64,000 nt of DNA from Longimicrobiales bacterium. GTDB lineage: Bacteria; Gemmatimonadota; Gemmatimonadetes; Longimicrobiales; Gaopeijiaceae. This document shows positions 19,745-29,694 of the stretch, in pieces. A model generated the notes under the pieces. That model did no database searches. It saw only the letters and a list, made by a program, of their open reading frames with translations, and was not told where the DNA came from. Numbering within the stretch: position 1 is the stretch's first letter; every line of letters begins with the position of its first letter. The translations under genes and the position numbers were made by a program. The stretch lies in NCBI GenBank assembly GCA_965116905.1, contig OZ220732.1, positions 1,056,001 through 1,120,000 of the forward strand. The letters run 5' to 3'.

Positions 19745-21037
19745 ATGGGCCGCAACCGATTACTCCGAAGGGATGGCACCCCGTTAAACGGTGCTCGCCA
19801 CCTGATCGTCTCATCCGCCGTGCTTCTGGCCACTTCCTGCATGGCGGAGGCACCCGGCAGCGACTCCGCACCGGATCCGGCGCCGGTCCGGGATGGAGGC
19901 GCGGGCAGCTCGCCCACGCTCGACCTCGAGACCACACTCGACCTCGAGACCGCGCTCGACCTCGAGACCGCGCTCTCCCTGGCGGCCATGCCGCTGTCGT
20001 GCGTCGACCGGCCGCACGCGCTTCGGCCCGACCGCGCCGGTTACCTGGACGACATCACCTACGCGCGCCGCCGCGACTTCGAGCACGAGCGCGCCTTCTA
20101 TGGCTGCTGGGACTGGCACTCCGCCGTGAACTCGACGTGGGCCATGGTGCGGCTCATGAAGGAGGTCCCGGATCTCTCCGTTGCCCCCCTGATTCGCGAG
20201 AAGCTGCGCGACCACCTCTCCGAGGCGGCGATGGAGGGTGAGTTGCAGTACCTGACCGACAACCCCTCGTTCGAGAGGCCTTACGGCTGGGCCTGGCTTC
20301 TCCTGCTGCACGCCGAGTTCGCGTCGTGGGACGACCCCGACGCCGGGACGTGGGCCGAGCGGCTGACCCCGGTCACCGACCTGGTGGCGGAACGGCTGGG
20401 CGACTACCTGGCGGAGCTGGAGACACCCGTGCGGACCGGCGTGCACCCGAACACGGCCTTCGCGATCGCCATGAGCCTGCAGGCCACGGCAATGGCCGAG
20501 CGCCCCGAACTGGAGGAGATCCTTCGGGACGCCGCTGTCCGCTTCTTTGCCGCCGACCGCGGGTGTCCGACCGCCTACGAGCCCGGCAGGTCCGACTTCG
20601 TGTCGCCCTGTCTCGAAGAAGCGGCGCTTATGGCCATGGTGATGGAGCGGGCCGAGTACGTGGCATGGCTGGATGGCTTCCTTCCCCCGATCGACTCGGA
20701 CGACTTTGCCAACCTCCGGAATCCGGCTCCGGCAGGGCCCGCGGACTCTCCGCCGACTGAGGGCGGTGCGGTCATCACCAACGATTCGCTGCGTGCGGCC
20801 CTGGGCGCGCGGTCGCACCTTATCGGCCTCGCCTTCACCCGGGCCGACGCCATGCTGCGGATCGCAAACGCCCTGCCCGCCGACGATCCTCGGGCCCGGG
20901 CGATTCGGGCGCTCGCGTCGGAGCACGCGCGGGCCGGCTTCGACACCATGTTCGACGCCGACTACGCGGGGTCCCACTGGATCGGCTCGTTCGCGGTCAA
21001 ATACCTGGTTCAGGCGACGAAGGGGAGCATCTCATGA
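19745..21037 (+). CDS. DUF2891 family protein, probable lipoprotein
   Basis: AFYGCWDWHSAV, FERPYGWAW, DYAGSHW motifs; LLATSC lipobox-like; start uncertain. Confidence 0.8.
   Translation: MGRNRLLRRDGTPLNGARHLIVSSAVLLATSCMAEAPGSDSAPDPAPVRDGGAGSSPTLDLETTLDLETALDLETALSLAAMPLSCVDRPHALRPDRAGYLDDITYARRRDFEHERAFYGCWDWHSAVNSTWAMVRLMKEVPDLSVAPLIREKLRDHLSEAAMEGELQYLTDNPSFERPYGWAWLLLLHAEFASWDDPDAGTWAERLTPVTDLVAERLGDYLAELETPVRTGVHPNTAFAIAMSLQATAMAERPELEEILRDAAVRFFAADRGCPTAYEPGRSDFVSPCLEEAALMAMVMERAEYVAWLDGFLPPIDSDDFANLRNPAPAGPADSPPTEGGAVITNDSLRAALGARSHLIGLAFTRADAMLRIANALPADDPRARAIRALASEHARAGFDTMFDADYAGSHWIGSFAVKYLVQATKGSIS
19919..19972 (+). repeat. 3x 18-bp in-frame tandem repeat (LDLETT/LDLETA/LDLETA)
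   Basis: CTCGACCTCGAGACCRCR at 19919, 19937, 19955. Confidence 0.9.
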
Positions 21038-22254
21038 GGAGAATCAAGGATTGCATGCATTTTGTGCTGGCACTTTCGGCGCTTGTGGCCGCGCTGGGGA
21101 CTGCGTTGGCGGCCGGAGACGCGGCCGCGCAGGGGAAGGTCGTCACGCGCGCGACGCCCGCCGAGGCGGGGATGTCTGCGGGGGTTCTTGCCGGCGGTGT
21201 GGCGCTCTACGAGGAGGCTGTCGCGAACGGCGATCTGGTCGGCACGGTGCTGCTCGTGGCCAGGGACGGCAAGGTCGTGATGCACGAAGCCATCGGATGG
21301 CGGGACAAGGCGCGCGACATCCCGATGGAGCCCAACACGCTGTTCCGCATGGCTTCCAACACGAAGCCGGTGGTGGCGACGGGCGTTGCCATGCTCGTGG
21401 AGGACGACAGGCTGGCTTATGACGACCTGGTGCGCGAGCACATCCCGGAGTGGGACAACTACCGGGCGGGATTCATCAACATCGGTCATCTGCTCTCGCA
21501 TTCGAGCGGTCTCAGGATCCCGACGCTGTTCCTGCAGCCCTACATGCAGCCGAGCGCGGAACACCCGGACGCCCCGACCCTGCAGCTGGAGGCCGCGCGC
21601 TTCGGACATGTGGGCGCCGAGGTGACGCCGGGCAACAGCTACAGCTACAACAACCCCGGGTACAACACGCTGGGTGCGCTGGTGGAGATGGCCTCGGGCA
21701 TGCCGCTGGACGCGTATCTCGACCGGGAGTTGTACACCCCGCTGGGCATGCACGACAGCTATCATCACGAGATCGACGAAAAGATGGACGGCAAGCTCGA
21801 CCGCATGTCCGTGGTGTACTACCAGCGCGACGGCGAGGGCGGCTGGATGCCTGGCTGGACGCCGGGGGATCCGCCACAGGTGCCCTTCGTCCGCGCCTCG
21901 GGGGGTATGATCTCGACGGCCGAGGACTACGTGATCTTCTGCCAGATGTTCCTGAACGGCGGGGTGTACGACGGGCGGCGTTACCTGTCGGAAGAATCGG
22001 TCGCGCTGATGACCTCGCCCAAGATCCGCAGCAACCCCGGGTCGGACGGTCCGGCCAGCTACTACGGGTACGGGTGGTCGGTCTCGGAGGAAGGCGTGTT
22101 CTCACACGGCGGCTCGGATGGGACGAATGCCTTTGTCGACCCCGAAAACGGGCTGATCGTCCTGGTGTTCACCCAGACGCCGAGAGGGAATAATCCGGTG
22201 CGGCGCTTCCTGGAGCTGGTGTACCAGGCTATCGAGCCAGGTGTAGCTGAATGA
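21034..22254 (+). CDS. Serine hydrolase, beta-lactamase/AmpC-like family
   Basis: SNTK (SxxK), YNN, HGG motifs; signal peptide; ATGA overlap with upstream gene. Confidence 0.88.
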   Translation: MRRIKDCMHFVLALSALVAALGTALAAGDAAAQGKVVTRATPAEAGMSAGVLAGGVALYEEAVANGDLVGTVLLVARDGKVVMHEAIGWRDKARDIPMEPNTLFRMASNTKPVVATGVAMLVEDDRLAYDDLVREHIPEWDNYRAGFINIGHLLSHSSGLRIPTLFLQPYMQPSAEHPDAPTLQLEAARFGHVGAEVTPGNSYSYNNPGYNTLGALVEMASGMPLDAYLDRELYTPLGMHDSYHHEIDEKMDGKLDRMSVVYYQRDGEGGWMPGWTPGDPPQVPFVRASGGMISTAEDYVIFCQMFLNGGVYDGRRYLSEESVALMTSPKIRSNPGSDGPASYYGYGWSVSEEGVFSHGGSDGTNAFVDPENGLIVLVFTQTPRGNNPVRRFLELVYQAIEPGVAE

Positions 22255-23641
22255 GGCGCCAGGCCGCTTCGTCGGTCGCCTCGAATGCGGTTTCGCCACC
22301 CTGGTTCGTTGCCACCAGCACCGCGAAGTCCCTCTCGGGCGCCATCCAGACCACGGCGTACCAGCGCAGGTTGCTGCCGGAGTGGGCCAGGGCCCGTCCC
22401 CCCGCCCATTCCCGGCTGGTGACCACCCACCCCGAAGCATAGGTGAACCCTTCGGCCGGGGCGTGCAGCCGCTGGATCGTCTCGGGCTGAAGCAAGTCGG
22501 CCCGCCCCTGTGCGCCCGCCAGGTGCATGGCGATGTAGCGTCCCAGGTCCTGCATCGTGGCGTGCACCGTCCCTGCGGGGCCGAGACCCGGCGGGTTGTC
22601 GGCGCGTGGGTCGTTCGGTTCCAGTGCGAGTCTGCCGGTGCCCTGTCCCAGGTGTCCGCGGGGCTGGTCCATGGCATCTGGCACTCCCGGAGGGCCGAAT
22701 CCCGTGTCGTCCATGCCGAGGGGCGCGAAGAGGCGTGTGCGGATGAGGGTCTCCCATTGCTGCCCGGTGACGGCCTCGAGCGCCGCGCCCGCGATGATGT
22801 AGCCCACGTTGGAGTAGTGGTAGGTCTGCAGCGGCGGGAATTCGGGGGCCGTACCGAGGACCTCCATCGCGAAAGCGCGCCGCTGCGCGGGCAGCGGGTC
22901 CGTGCCCGTGAGCATCTGCGTCCAGGTCGAGAACTGGCCGATTTCGTTGGTGAAGCCGCCGCGGTGGGCGAGAATCGGCTCGATGGGGACCGGGCGCAGT
23001 TCGGTGTGAATGCTGGGGATGTCGGGGAAGGCTGCTTCGAGGGTGGTCGTCCACTCCAGGGCGCGCTCCTCGATGAGGATCGCGGCAAGGGTGGACGTCA
23101 TCGACTTGGTGATGGAACCCAGGTGCCACTTGTCATGGATCGTGACCGGGACGAGAGAGCCGTGAGCGCGGGTGCCGGCGGCACCCACCGCGACGAGGCG
23201 GTCACTGGTGACGATCGCCCCGGCGAGCCCGATGAGGCCGTGGCGCTGGCGCACGTCGAGGAGCAGCGCGGAGATCGGAGACGCGGTGACGGTCAGGGTG
23301 GCGGTGCCCGTCGCCCCCTGACTGGTGGCGGTCACGGTGGGCGTCCCGGGTCCGGCGCCCGTCACCAGGCCGTCTTCGCGGGCCCAGGCCTGACCGGCCC
23401 GTGACGTGGACCAGGAGATGGCGGGGTTGGCGACCGGCTGGCCGTTCGCGTCGGTGACGGTTGCCGTGAAGCGGACGGTGTCGCCCACTTCGACGGATGC
23501 CGTTGTGGGGGTCACCTGGACGGTGGCGGTGGGGGTGGGGGGAGCGACCGGCGTCGTGGGCTCGTCGGCACTTCCGCATGCGGCTGCGAGGAGCGCGGCG
23601 GCCACGCCGACGGCTGCAAGTGGTGGGGGGACGAACCGCAC
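22229..23641 (-). CDS. Lipoprotein: Ig-like (Big_2) domain plus beta-lactamase-like serine hydrolase
   Basis: LAAAC lipobox; Thr-rich Ig-like domain; SITK, YSN, HSG motifs. Confidence 0.85.
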   Translation of the reverse strand: MRFVPPPLAAVGVAAALLAAACGSADEPTTPVAPPTPTATVQVTPTTASVEVGDTVRFTATVTDANGQPVANPAISWSTSRAGQAWAREDGLVTGAGPGTPTVTATSQGATGTATLTVTASPISALLLDVRQRHGLIGLAGAIVTSDRLVAVGAAGTRAHGSLVPVTIHDKWHLGSITKSMTSTLAAILIEERALEWTTTLEAAFPDIPSIHTELRPVPIEPILAHRGGFTNEIGQFSTWTQMLTGTDPLPAQRRAFAMEVLGTAPEFPPLQTYHYSNVGYIIAGAALEAVTGQQWETLIRTRLFAPLGMDDTGFGPPGVPDAMDQPRGHLGQGTGRLALEPNDPRADNPPGLGPAGTVHATMQDLGRYIAMHLAGAQGRADLLQPETIQRLHAPAEGFTYASGWVVTSREWAGGRALAHSGSNLRWYAVVWMAPERDFAVLVATNQGGETAFEATDEAAWRLIQLHLAR

Positions 23642-23660
23642 GGCGCCTCATCCGCCCCGC

Positions 23661-24596
23661 TCAGGCGGCTTCCCGTTTTCGCCAGTAACGCGCCAGCCCC
23701 CACCACGAATCGAAGAACCCCGAGGCGGTCCCGTACAGGTCCGTGTGGTCCGCCGACACCTTCCCGCCGATCCGCTCCGAGACCCAGTCGGCAAACGCCG
23801 TGGCACGGTCCCGGTCATTCGCGAAGCGGCCGTCGCCCAGCGAGTCGCGCACCCGCAGCGCCCATGCGTCCAGCTCGCCGGCGAGTTCGGCAAAGTGCGC
23901 CTGGATGTCGCTGTACGGACCGAAGTGCGTCGCCACGATTCGCTCCGGGTTCCACGTCATCACCCTGTCCATGCTCGCCTTCCAGAGCTCCACATCGATG
24001 TCCGGCGGAGGGGTCACGGGAATCGCCGGCCCGCCACGGATCCGAATGCCGCCCACATCCCCGACCCAGGCCGTTCCCGTCGCGGCCTCGCAGTAGGCGA
24101 CATGGTGCTTGGCGTGCCCGGGCACGTACGCCACCTCGAAGCGGCGTCCCCCCGGCGCGACGGCGTCCCCCTCGTCGACAACGCGGATCGACTCGCGCGG
24201 CACGGGTAGGAATTCGCCCCACAGGGTGGCCATCGCGTCGCCGTAGATCCGCCCCGCCGAGGCGAGGAGGCGTGACGGGTCCGCCATGTGGGGCGCGCCC
24301 ACCGCGTGCACATGCACGATCGCGCGGGGCGCTTCCCGCACGATGGCACCGGCCGCCGTGGCGTGGTCGAGGTGGATGTGGGTCAGCAGGATGGCGCGGA
24401 CGTCGTCCAGCGTGCGCCCCAGCGAGGCCAGGCCCGCGCGCAGGGCGTGCAGGCGCGCCTCGGGGCCGGGATCGACCAGCGCGATGCCGCCCTCCGGGAG
24501 TTCCAGGACCCCGACGCCGATGATCGTGGGGCTGTCCTGGTGGTGCAGGTCGACCATCGCCGCGCCGCCCCCGAGGTCATGGACGTCCGGGGTCAC
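23661..24596 (-). CDS. MBL-fold metallo-hydrolase
   Basis: THIHLDH, PGHAKHH, GD motifs; GTGA overlap. Confidence 0.88.
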   Translation of the reverse strand: MTPDVHDLGGGAAMVDLHHQDSPTIIGVGVLELPEGGIALVDPGPEARLHALRAGLASLGRTLDDVRAILLTHIHLDHATAAGAIVREAPRAIVHVHAVGAPHMADPSRLLASAGRIYGDAMATLWGEFLPVPRESIRVVDEGDAVAPGGRRFEVAYVPGHAKHHVAYCEAATGTAWVGDVGGIRIRGGPAIPVTPPPDIDVELWKASMDRVMTWNPERIVATHFGPYSDIQAHFAELAGELDAWALRVRDSLGDGRFANDRDRATAFADWVSERIGGKVSADHTDLYGTASGFFDSWWGLARYWRKREAA

Positions 24597-26686
24597 CTGC
24601 CGCCCTCTTCAGTCGTCATCGGATCCTTGTGGCTCCCCCACTTCTCAAACCACTTCCGCAGGTAGAGCTGGGTGCGCAGGAAGTTCGACGGGCGCCGGCT
24701 GGTCCCGTGCCACTCTCCCTGGAAGCGCACCATCACCGTGGGGACGCCCAGGTACTGCAGGGCCTGGTACATTTCCTCGGTCTGCGGCATGGGCGTGCGG
24801 ATGTCCATCTCGCCCGTCAGGAACATGGTGGGCGTGGTGACGTTGTCGACATAGAAGATCGACGACCGGTCGATCCACTCGGCGGGGTCCTCCCAGAAGG
24901 GCTTCTCGAAGGTGCGGAAGTAGCTGATCGCGTCGGAGGTGCCCATCGCCGAGATCCAGTTCACGATGGGGCAGTTGGCGGACGCGGCGCGGAAGCGGTC
25001 GGTGTTGCCGACGATGTAGCTGGTCAAAATGCCGCCGCCCGAGCAGCCGTACACGAAGACGTTCTCCTCGTCGACGTAACCACGCGCCAGCATCTCGTCG
25101 ACGCCGTTCATGAGGTCGGGGAAGTCGGCCCCGGGGTAGTCGTGGTTGATCGCGTTGGCGAACTCGGTGCCGTAGCCGGTGGAGCCGCGCGGATTGGTGT
25201 AGAGGACGACGTAGTCGTTCGCGGCGTGCTCCTGGAACGCGAAGTTGAAGCCCCCGTTGTACATTGCGTGCGGACCGCCGTGGATGACCAGCATCATCGG
25301 ATATTTGCGCGACGGGTCGAAGTCGGGCGGCTTCACGATCCACCCCTGGACTTGGAAGTCGTCGGTGGAGTCGTACCAGATCTCCTCGACTTCGCCGAGT
25401 TCGACCCGGCCGAGGACATCGGAGTGGACATCGGTCAGGCGGGTCACGGCTTCGGGGTGCGTGAGGTTGAACCGGTAGATGTCTCCCGGCTCATGGGCGC
25501 TGGAGATCGTGCCCACGGCGACCCCGTCGTCGGAGAAGGACGACATCGCAAAGAGGTGCTCGCCCGATGTGAGCATGCTGACACCCCGTTCCAGCGACAC
25601 GAAGTGAAGCTGGCGGTAGCCGTCGCGGCTGACGTTGAAGTAGAGGCCGCCGGCGTCCGGGGCCCAGGTCATGGCGCCCACCTGCCGGTCGTACTCGCCC
25701 GAAATGACTCGCGAGCCGGAGCCGTCGCGGTTCATGACGTAGATCTGCTGGTTGCGGTAGGTGTCGTCGTGCGCGTCGATGCCGGTGTAGGCGATGAGCG
25801 AGCCGTCGGGAGAGGGGACGGGACTGCCGTCGGGGCCGCGGCGGTCGGTCAGCTGGCGGATTTCGCCTGTGGCGACGGAGACGGCGTAGATCTCGGACTC
25901 CTGCCAGTGCTCGGGCCGGTCGGCGTCCTCGTGGCGGAACGACGTGAAGTAGATCTCGGTTCCGTCCGGACTCCACTCGATGGAGGAGTGGTTCCAGTCC
26001 CCGTCGGTCAGCTGCCTGGGGGTGCCCCCGCCGGCCGGGACCACGAAGATGTGCGTCCAGCCCGTGTCGATGTAGCCGACGCCGTCGCGCTTGTAGGCGG
26101 GCCGCTCGACCACCTTGGGTTCGCGCTCCCACTCGGCGCCATCGGGTCTGGCGGGCAGATCGACGCCCGCGAAGTCAGCCCGGTCCGACACCCGGCTGGT
26201 AAAGGCGATCCATTGGCCATCGGGCGACCAGCGCGGGTTGGAGGGGCCGTTTTCGAGCCGCGTAACCGGCGTTGTCAGGCCCTCGGCGTCCATCCAGCGG
26301 ACAAAGAGCTGCGAGCCGCCCGGGTCGCCCGGCGCGGTGTAGAGGATGCGGGTGCCGTCCGGTGACCAGACGGCGCCGGAGCCGTCCACCAGGCGCCGCT
26401 TTCTCGTGCCGTTTGCGTTCATGATCCACAGCGACGATTTGCGCGAATCGTTGATCGCGTCGATCAACCCTCTGGTGTAGACGATGCGCCCGCCGTCCGG
26501 CGAGATCTGCGGGTTCGACACGGTCTCCATGTCCATGTACTGGTCCAGGGAGAGGCGCTGCTGCGCGGTGGCGGAGGCGGGTGAAAGCGCCAGCGCGGCG
26601 AGTGAGGCGGTGATGACAACCACTGCGGCAACGGCGGTGGCCAGTGGAAGGACTCTGGATGGTGGTGTGGGGCGGGGACGCGTCAT
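24593..26686 (-). CDS. S9 family peptidase (beta-propeller plus alpha/beta hydrolase)
   Basis: WSPDG repeats; IHGGP, GCSGGG, DIRT, WHG triad motifs; signal peptide. Confidence 0.9.
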   Translation of the reverse strand: MTRPRPTPPSRVLPLATAVAAVVVITASLAALALSPASATAQQRLSLDQYMDMETVSNPQISPDGGRIVYTRGLIDAINDSRKSSLWIMNANGTRKRRLVDGSGAVWSPDGTRILYTAPGDPGGSQLFVRWMDAEGLTTPVTRLENGPSNPRWSPDGQWIAFTSRVSDRADFAGVDLPARPDGAEWEREPKVVERPAYKRDGVGYIDTGWTHIFVVPAGGGTPRQLTDGDWNHSSIEWSPDGTEIYFTSFRHEDADRPEHWQESEIYAVSVATGEIRQLTDRRGPDGSPVPSPDGSLIAYTGIDAHDDTYRNQQIYVMNRDGSGSRVISGEYDRQVGAMTWAPDAGGLYFNVSRDGYRQLHFVSLERGVSMLTSGEHLFAMSSFSDDGVAVGTISSAHEPGDIYRFNLTHPEAVTRLTDVHSDVLGRVELGEVEEIWYDSTDDFQVQGWIVKPPDFDPSRKYPMMLVIHGGPHAMYNGGFNFAFQEHAANDYVVLYTNPRGSTGYGTEFANAINHDYPGADFPDLMNGVDEMLARGYVDEENVFVYGCSGGGILTSYIVGNTDRFRAASANCPIVNWISAMGTSDAISYFRTFEKPFWEDPAEWIDRSSIFYVDNVTTPTMFLTGEMDIRTPMPQTEEMYQALQYLGVPTVMVRFQGEWHGTSRRPSNFLRTQLYLRKWFEKWGSHKDPMTTEEGGR

Positions 26687-26783
26687 GGCAGCACTCCGGG
26701 CAAATCGGGGGTAAGCGACAGCCCGAATAGTGGTCTGCTTCGGGGTGCGGGACAACACACCGTGTCCCGGATCGACGGTTCGC

Positions 26784-27230
26784 CTACGGAAGCAACCGCT
26801 GGAGCGTGAGCAGCACCCCCATCCCCAGAACCATGAGTCCGCCCAGCCGAATCGTCATGCGGTGCTCGAGGTCGCGCATGTCTGTACGGACGGAAGTGGC
26901 CAGAGTCTCGATTTCGCCCCGCAACGAGGTCTCCACCTTTTCCAGGGAGGTCTCGACCCTCTTGATCTCGGCGCGGAGGGAGGTCTCCATCTTCTCCATG
27001 TCGCCGCGGAGGGAGGTCTCGACCCTCTTGACCTCGGCGCGCAACGAGGTCTCCATCTTCTCCATGTCGCCGCGGAGGGCGGTCTCAACCCCCTTCAGAT
27101 CCCGCTTCGTCGGAAACCGCTCCGCGAACCCAGCCGCGAAGGTATCGACCAGAACCGTGGCCTGGACTTCATTGAAGCCCGCTTCGTCTCGCAGCCTGTT
27201 GGCCGCCCGGAGTGTATCGAAGCTCATCAT
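26784..27230 (-). CDS. DUF1640/CCDC90-like coiled-coil protein with C-terminal membrane anchor
   Basis: FDTL...AGF..QA head, TKRDL neck, 11-residue coiled-coil repeats, hydrophobic C-terminus. Confidence 0.8.
   Translation of the reverse strand: MMSFDTLRAANRLRDEAGFNEVQATVLVDTFAAGFAERFPTKRDLKGVETALRGDMEKMETSLRAEVKRVETSLRGDMEKMETSLRAEIKRVETSLEKVETSLRGEIETLATSVRTDMRDLEHRMTIRLGGLMVLGMGVLLTLQRLLP
26944..27092 (-). repeat. 66-bp tandem repeat encoding VETSLRGDMEKMETSLRAE(V/I)KR
   Basis: Near-identical units with period 66 (e.g. CTTGA at 26961 and 27027). Confidence 0.85.
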
Positions 27231-27351
27231 GGCCCCCCTAAGATGCGCCGACGCGATCCCGGCCGCTACCTGACGAAATGCAGCGACCGCGTGTGAGAGC
27301 CACCAGTATGGGCTGGAAGAATGGGCGCCTACATGGCAGGATGGGCCAACT

Positions 27352-28824
27352 TCAAGTCGCCGAGGCACCTTCCCGCCGAATCGCCCGACCCGGGAAGACG
27401 CCTTCGACCAGGCTCCCGTCGCGCACCACCGGCGTCCCGCCCACCAGTACGAACGTGAACCCGCGCGACGGAGCCGCCGGTGCGTCGTAGTCCGCCATGT
27501 CCAGCACGGTTTCGGGGTCGAAGACGGCGAGGTCCGCGTCGGCGCCGACCTGAACGCGGCCCTTCCGCGCCATCGTCGGCGCCGCGCCCTCCACGCGCCG
27601 CGCGGGGAGGATCGTCATCTTCGCCAGCGCGTCCATCAGGCTGATCACGCCGCGGTCCCGCGAGTAGTGGCCCAGAATGCGCGCGAACGTCCCGGCCCCG
27701 CGCGGGTGCACGGCGACGTGCAGGAAGGGTATGCCGTCGCTCGCCGCGATCACGTCGGGCTGCGCAACGATCCACTCGTTGGTCTCCTCGTTGCGGCCGT
27801 GAATGACCACCCAGCCGCCCTGCTCCCGGTACTCGGCGAAGGTCCGGGTGTTCAGCCGCTCTTCCTGCCCCGGCCATTGCAGCCGCTGGTACGCCTCGTC
27901 GTCGAGGCCCACCCAGGGGTCGAAGAGAGCGGACTCGATGAAGGTCGACGAGGCCGTGTAGGGGTAGGCTTCGGTCGTGACGTCGAGTCCCCGTTCCGCG
28001 GCGCCGCGAACCAGCGCGACGGCGTCCATGGCCGACTCGTCGGCGGACGAGTTGAGGTGGACGATGTGCAGAGAAGCCCCGGTCGCGGCCGCGGCGGCGA
28101 TCACTTCCTGGAAGGGTCCCAGAGTCTCGCCCACGTACGCCGCCCTCAGATGCACATAGGCGGGCACCCCGTTCGCTTCGGCGGACGCGAACAGGTCGAG
28201 GATCTCCGAGTGGGAGGCTCCCGGCGTATAGGTGATCCCGAACCCGTAGCCGAGACCGCCCTCTGTCAGTCCCTGCTCCATGAGGGCCGCGAGTTCGGCA
28301 ACCTGGGCGCCTTCCAGTTCCTGATAGATGACGTCCGACCCCATCGACTCGTTCTCGCCTGGCGGGAGCGTCGGCTGATGGCCGACATCGATGCCCAGCA
28401 GCAGCTTCGTACGCGCGTTCGGGTGGCTGACCGTCGCCCCGAAGTTGAGGAGCGTGCGGCCCTCGCGGGACGCGTACCAGGGCGCCACCGGGTAGACGCC
28501 GATCTCCATTTCCAGCGCCGTGGTCACGCCATCCAGCGCCTGCAGGCGTTCGCTTACCGAATCCTGGCCGTGCGCGTGCAGGTCGATGAAGCCGGGCGCG
28601 ACCACAAGGCCGGTCGCGTCGAGCGTGTCCCGGCCGGCGAGTTCGTCTTCGGTGACCGCCGCGATCGTGCCGTCGCGGATCCCGACGTTGCGGGGGGCAT
28701 CCAGCCCGGTCTCCGGATCCATGACGCGTCCGTGCAGAATGACGATGTCGTGGGGCGACGAGCAGGCCGCCGCGAGAAGCAGAGCGGGGAGGAGGTGGCG
28801 GGGTCGGAGAGTGGGCTGGGGCAT
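27352..28824 (-). CDS. Amidohydrolase (N-acyl-D-amino acid deacylase-like) lipoprotein
   Basis: APGFIDLHAH, TTEAYPY, ASDG, HPRGAGTF, GADAD motifs; LAAAC lipobox. Confidence 0.85.
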   Translation of the reverse strand: MPQPTLRPRHLLPALLLAAACSSPHDIVILHGRVMDPETGLDAPRNVGIRDGTIAAVTEDELAGRDTLDATGLVVAPGFIDLHAHGQDSVSERLQALDGVTTALEMEIGVYPVAPWYASREGRTLLNFGATVSHPNARTKLLLGIDVGHQPTLPPGENESMGSDVIYQELEGAQVAELAALMEQGLTEGGLGYGFGITYTPGASHSEILDLFASAEANGVPAYVHLRAAYVGETLGPFQEVIAAAAATGASLHIVHLNSSADESAMDAVALVRGAAERGLDVTTEAYPYTASSTFIESALFDPWVGLDDEAYQRLQWPGQEERLNTRTFAEYREQGGWVVIHGRNEETNEWIVAQPDVIAASDGIPFLHVAVHPRGAGTFARILGHYSRDRGVISLMDALAKMTILPARRVEGAAPTMARKGRVQVGADADLAVFDPETVLDMADYDAPAAPSRGFTFVLVGGTPVVRDGSLVEGVFPGRAIRREGASAT

Positions 28825-28935
28825 GGCACGGGCTCCGATGGGAAGGTCAACGTGGTTCTTGAGACTCGGAGCTTGGGCGGGTCGGCGCAAGCGCCTCCGG
28901 AGGCCGAAAATCCGGCGGTTTTGTTTTGCGGACGG

Positions 28936-29553
28936 CTAGCGACCCTTCATCACCCGGGCCCAGTCGTCCGGGATGGCCAGCCATTTGGATGCCCACTCCG
29001 ACTTGACCCGGGGCGATGGATGGTAGGACTCGAAGATCCGCCAGTCCCTATCCTTGAACAGCGGCGCTGCGCGGGCCGCCCGGTCACCGACCAGGACAAC
29101 CGAGTCGAGCAGCGGCAGTTGGTCCAGCAGTTGCCTGGACCGCTCCGCACCCTCCTCGAGTTCCTCCGGACTCGCCATCCGACGCCGATCCCACCAGGGT
29201 ACGATGTTCCAGAGTACCGTCAGCTGGCGGGGAATTCCGGCAAACCTCATCAACCGGAAGGTCCATTCGGCGGTGCGCCCGTCGTTGTCCCGCGACATGA
29301 ACCCCGATCCTCCCAGTGACCCCGCGTCCGTCTTGGGGCCGGGCTTGTCGAAGAGGAACAACACGCGGGCCGCGGTGCCGCCGTCGAAGGGATCGAAATG
29401 GGGGACCATCGTGTCGGGCCGTTCCGCCTGCAGGGCGCGGGCGAATTCGTTGAGCGGGGCGACGTGCGGCGCCTTCAGCAGGCTCAGCCGTTGCTCGCGG
29501 ACCTTGGGGAGTCGCAGGGTCCGCGGGACGGCGGGATCGTATGGGAGTGACAT
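28936..29553 (-). CDS. Uracil-DNA glycosylase-like family protein
   Basis: FDPFDGG, KPGP, SGFMSRDND, WNIVPW, YHPSP motifs. Confidence 0.75.
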   Translation of the reverse strand: MSLPYDPAVPRTLRLPKVREQRLSLLKAPHVAPLNEFARALQAERPDTMVPHFDPFDGGTAARVLFLFDKPGPKTDAGSLGGSGFMSRDNDGRTAEWTFRLMRFAGIPRQLTVLWNIVPWWDRRRMASPEELEEGAERSRQLLDQLPLLDSVVLVGDRAARAAPLFKDRDWRIFESYHPSPRVKSEWASKWLAIPDDWARVMKGR

Positions 29554-29658
29554 GGCCTTCGGGTCGGTTAGGTTTCCTCTGTCGCATTCTACTGCCAAGG
29601 AAACTCGCTGTGCCAGCCTGCGTTTGAGAATCCCACGGTCGCCAGGGTCGCCAATGCG

Positions 29659-29694
29659 CCGATTTTGTCGTATTTATAGCCGATTTTGTCGTAT
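29659..29694. promoter_or_regulatory. Tandem CCGATTTTGTCGTAT direct repeat (21-bp period), putative regulator site
   Basis: Identical 15-mers at 29659-29673 and 29680-29694; matches the pair at 19620-19655. Confidence 0.65.

Noticed and set aside
21034..24596. Antibiotic-resistance beta-lactamases
   Set aside because: Only generic serine-hydrolase and MBL-fold motifs are present; nothing specific to resistance enzymes
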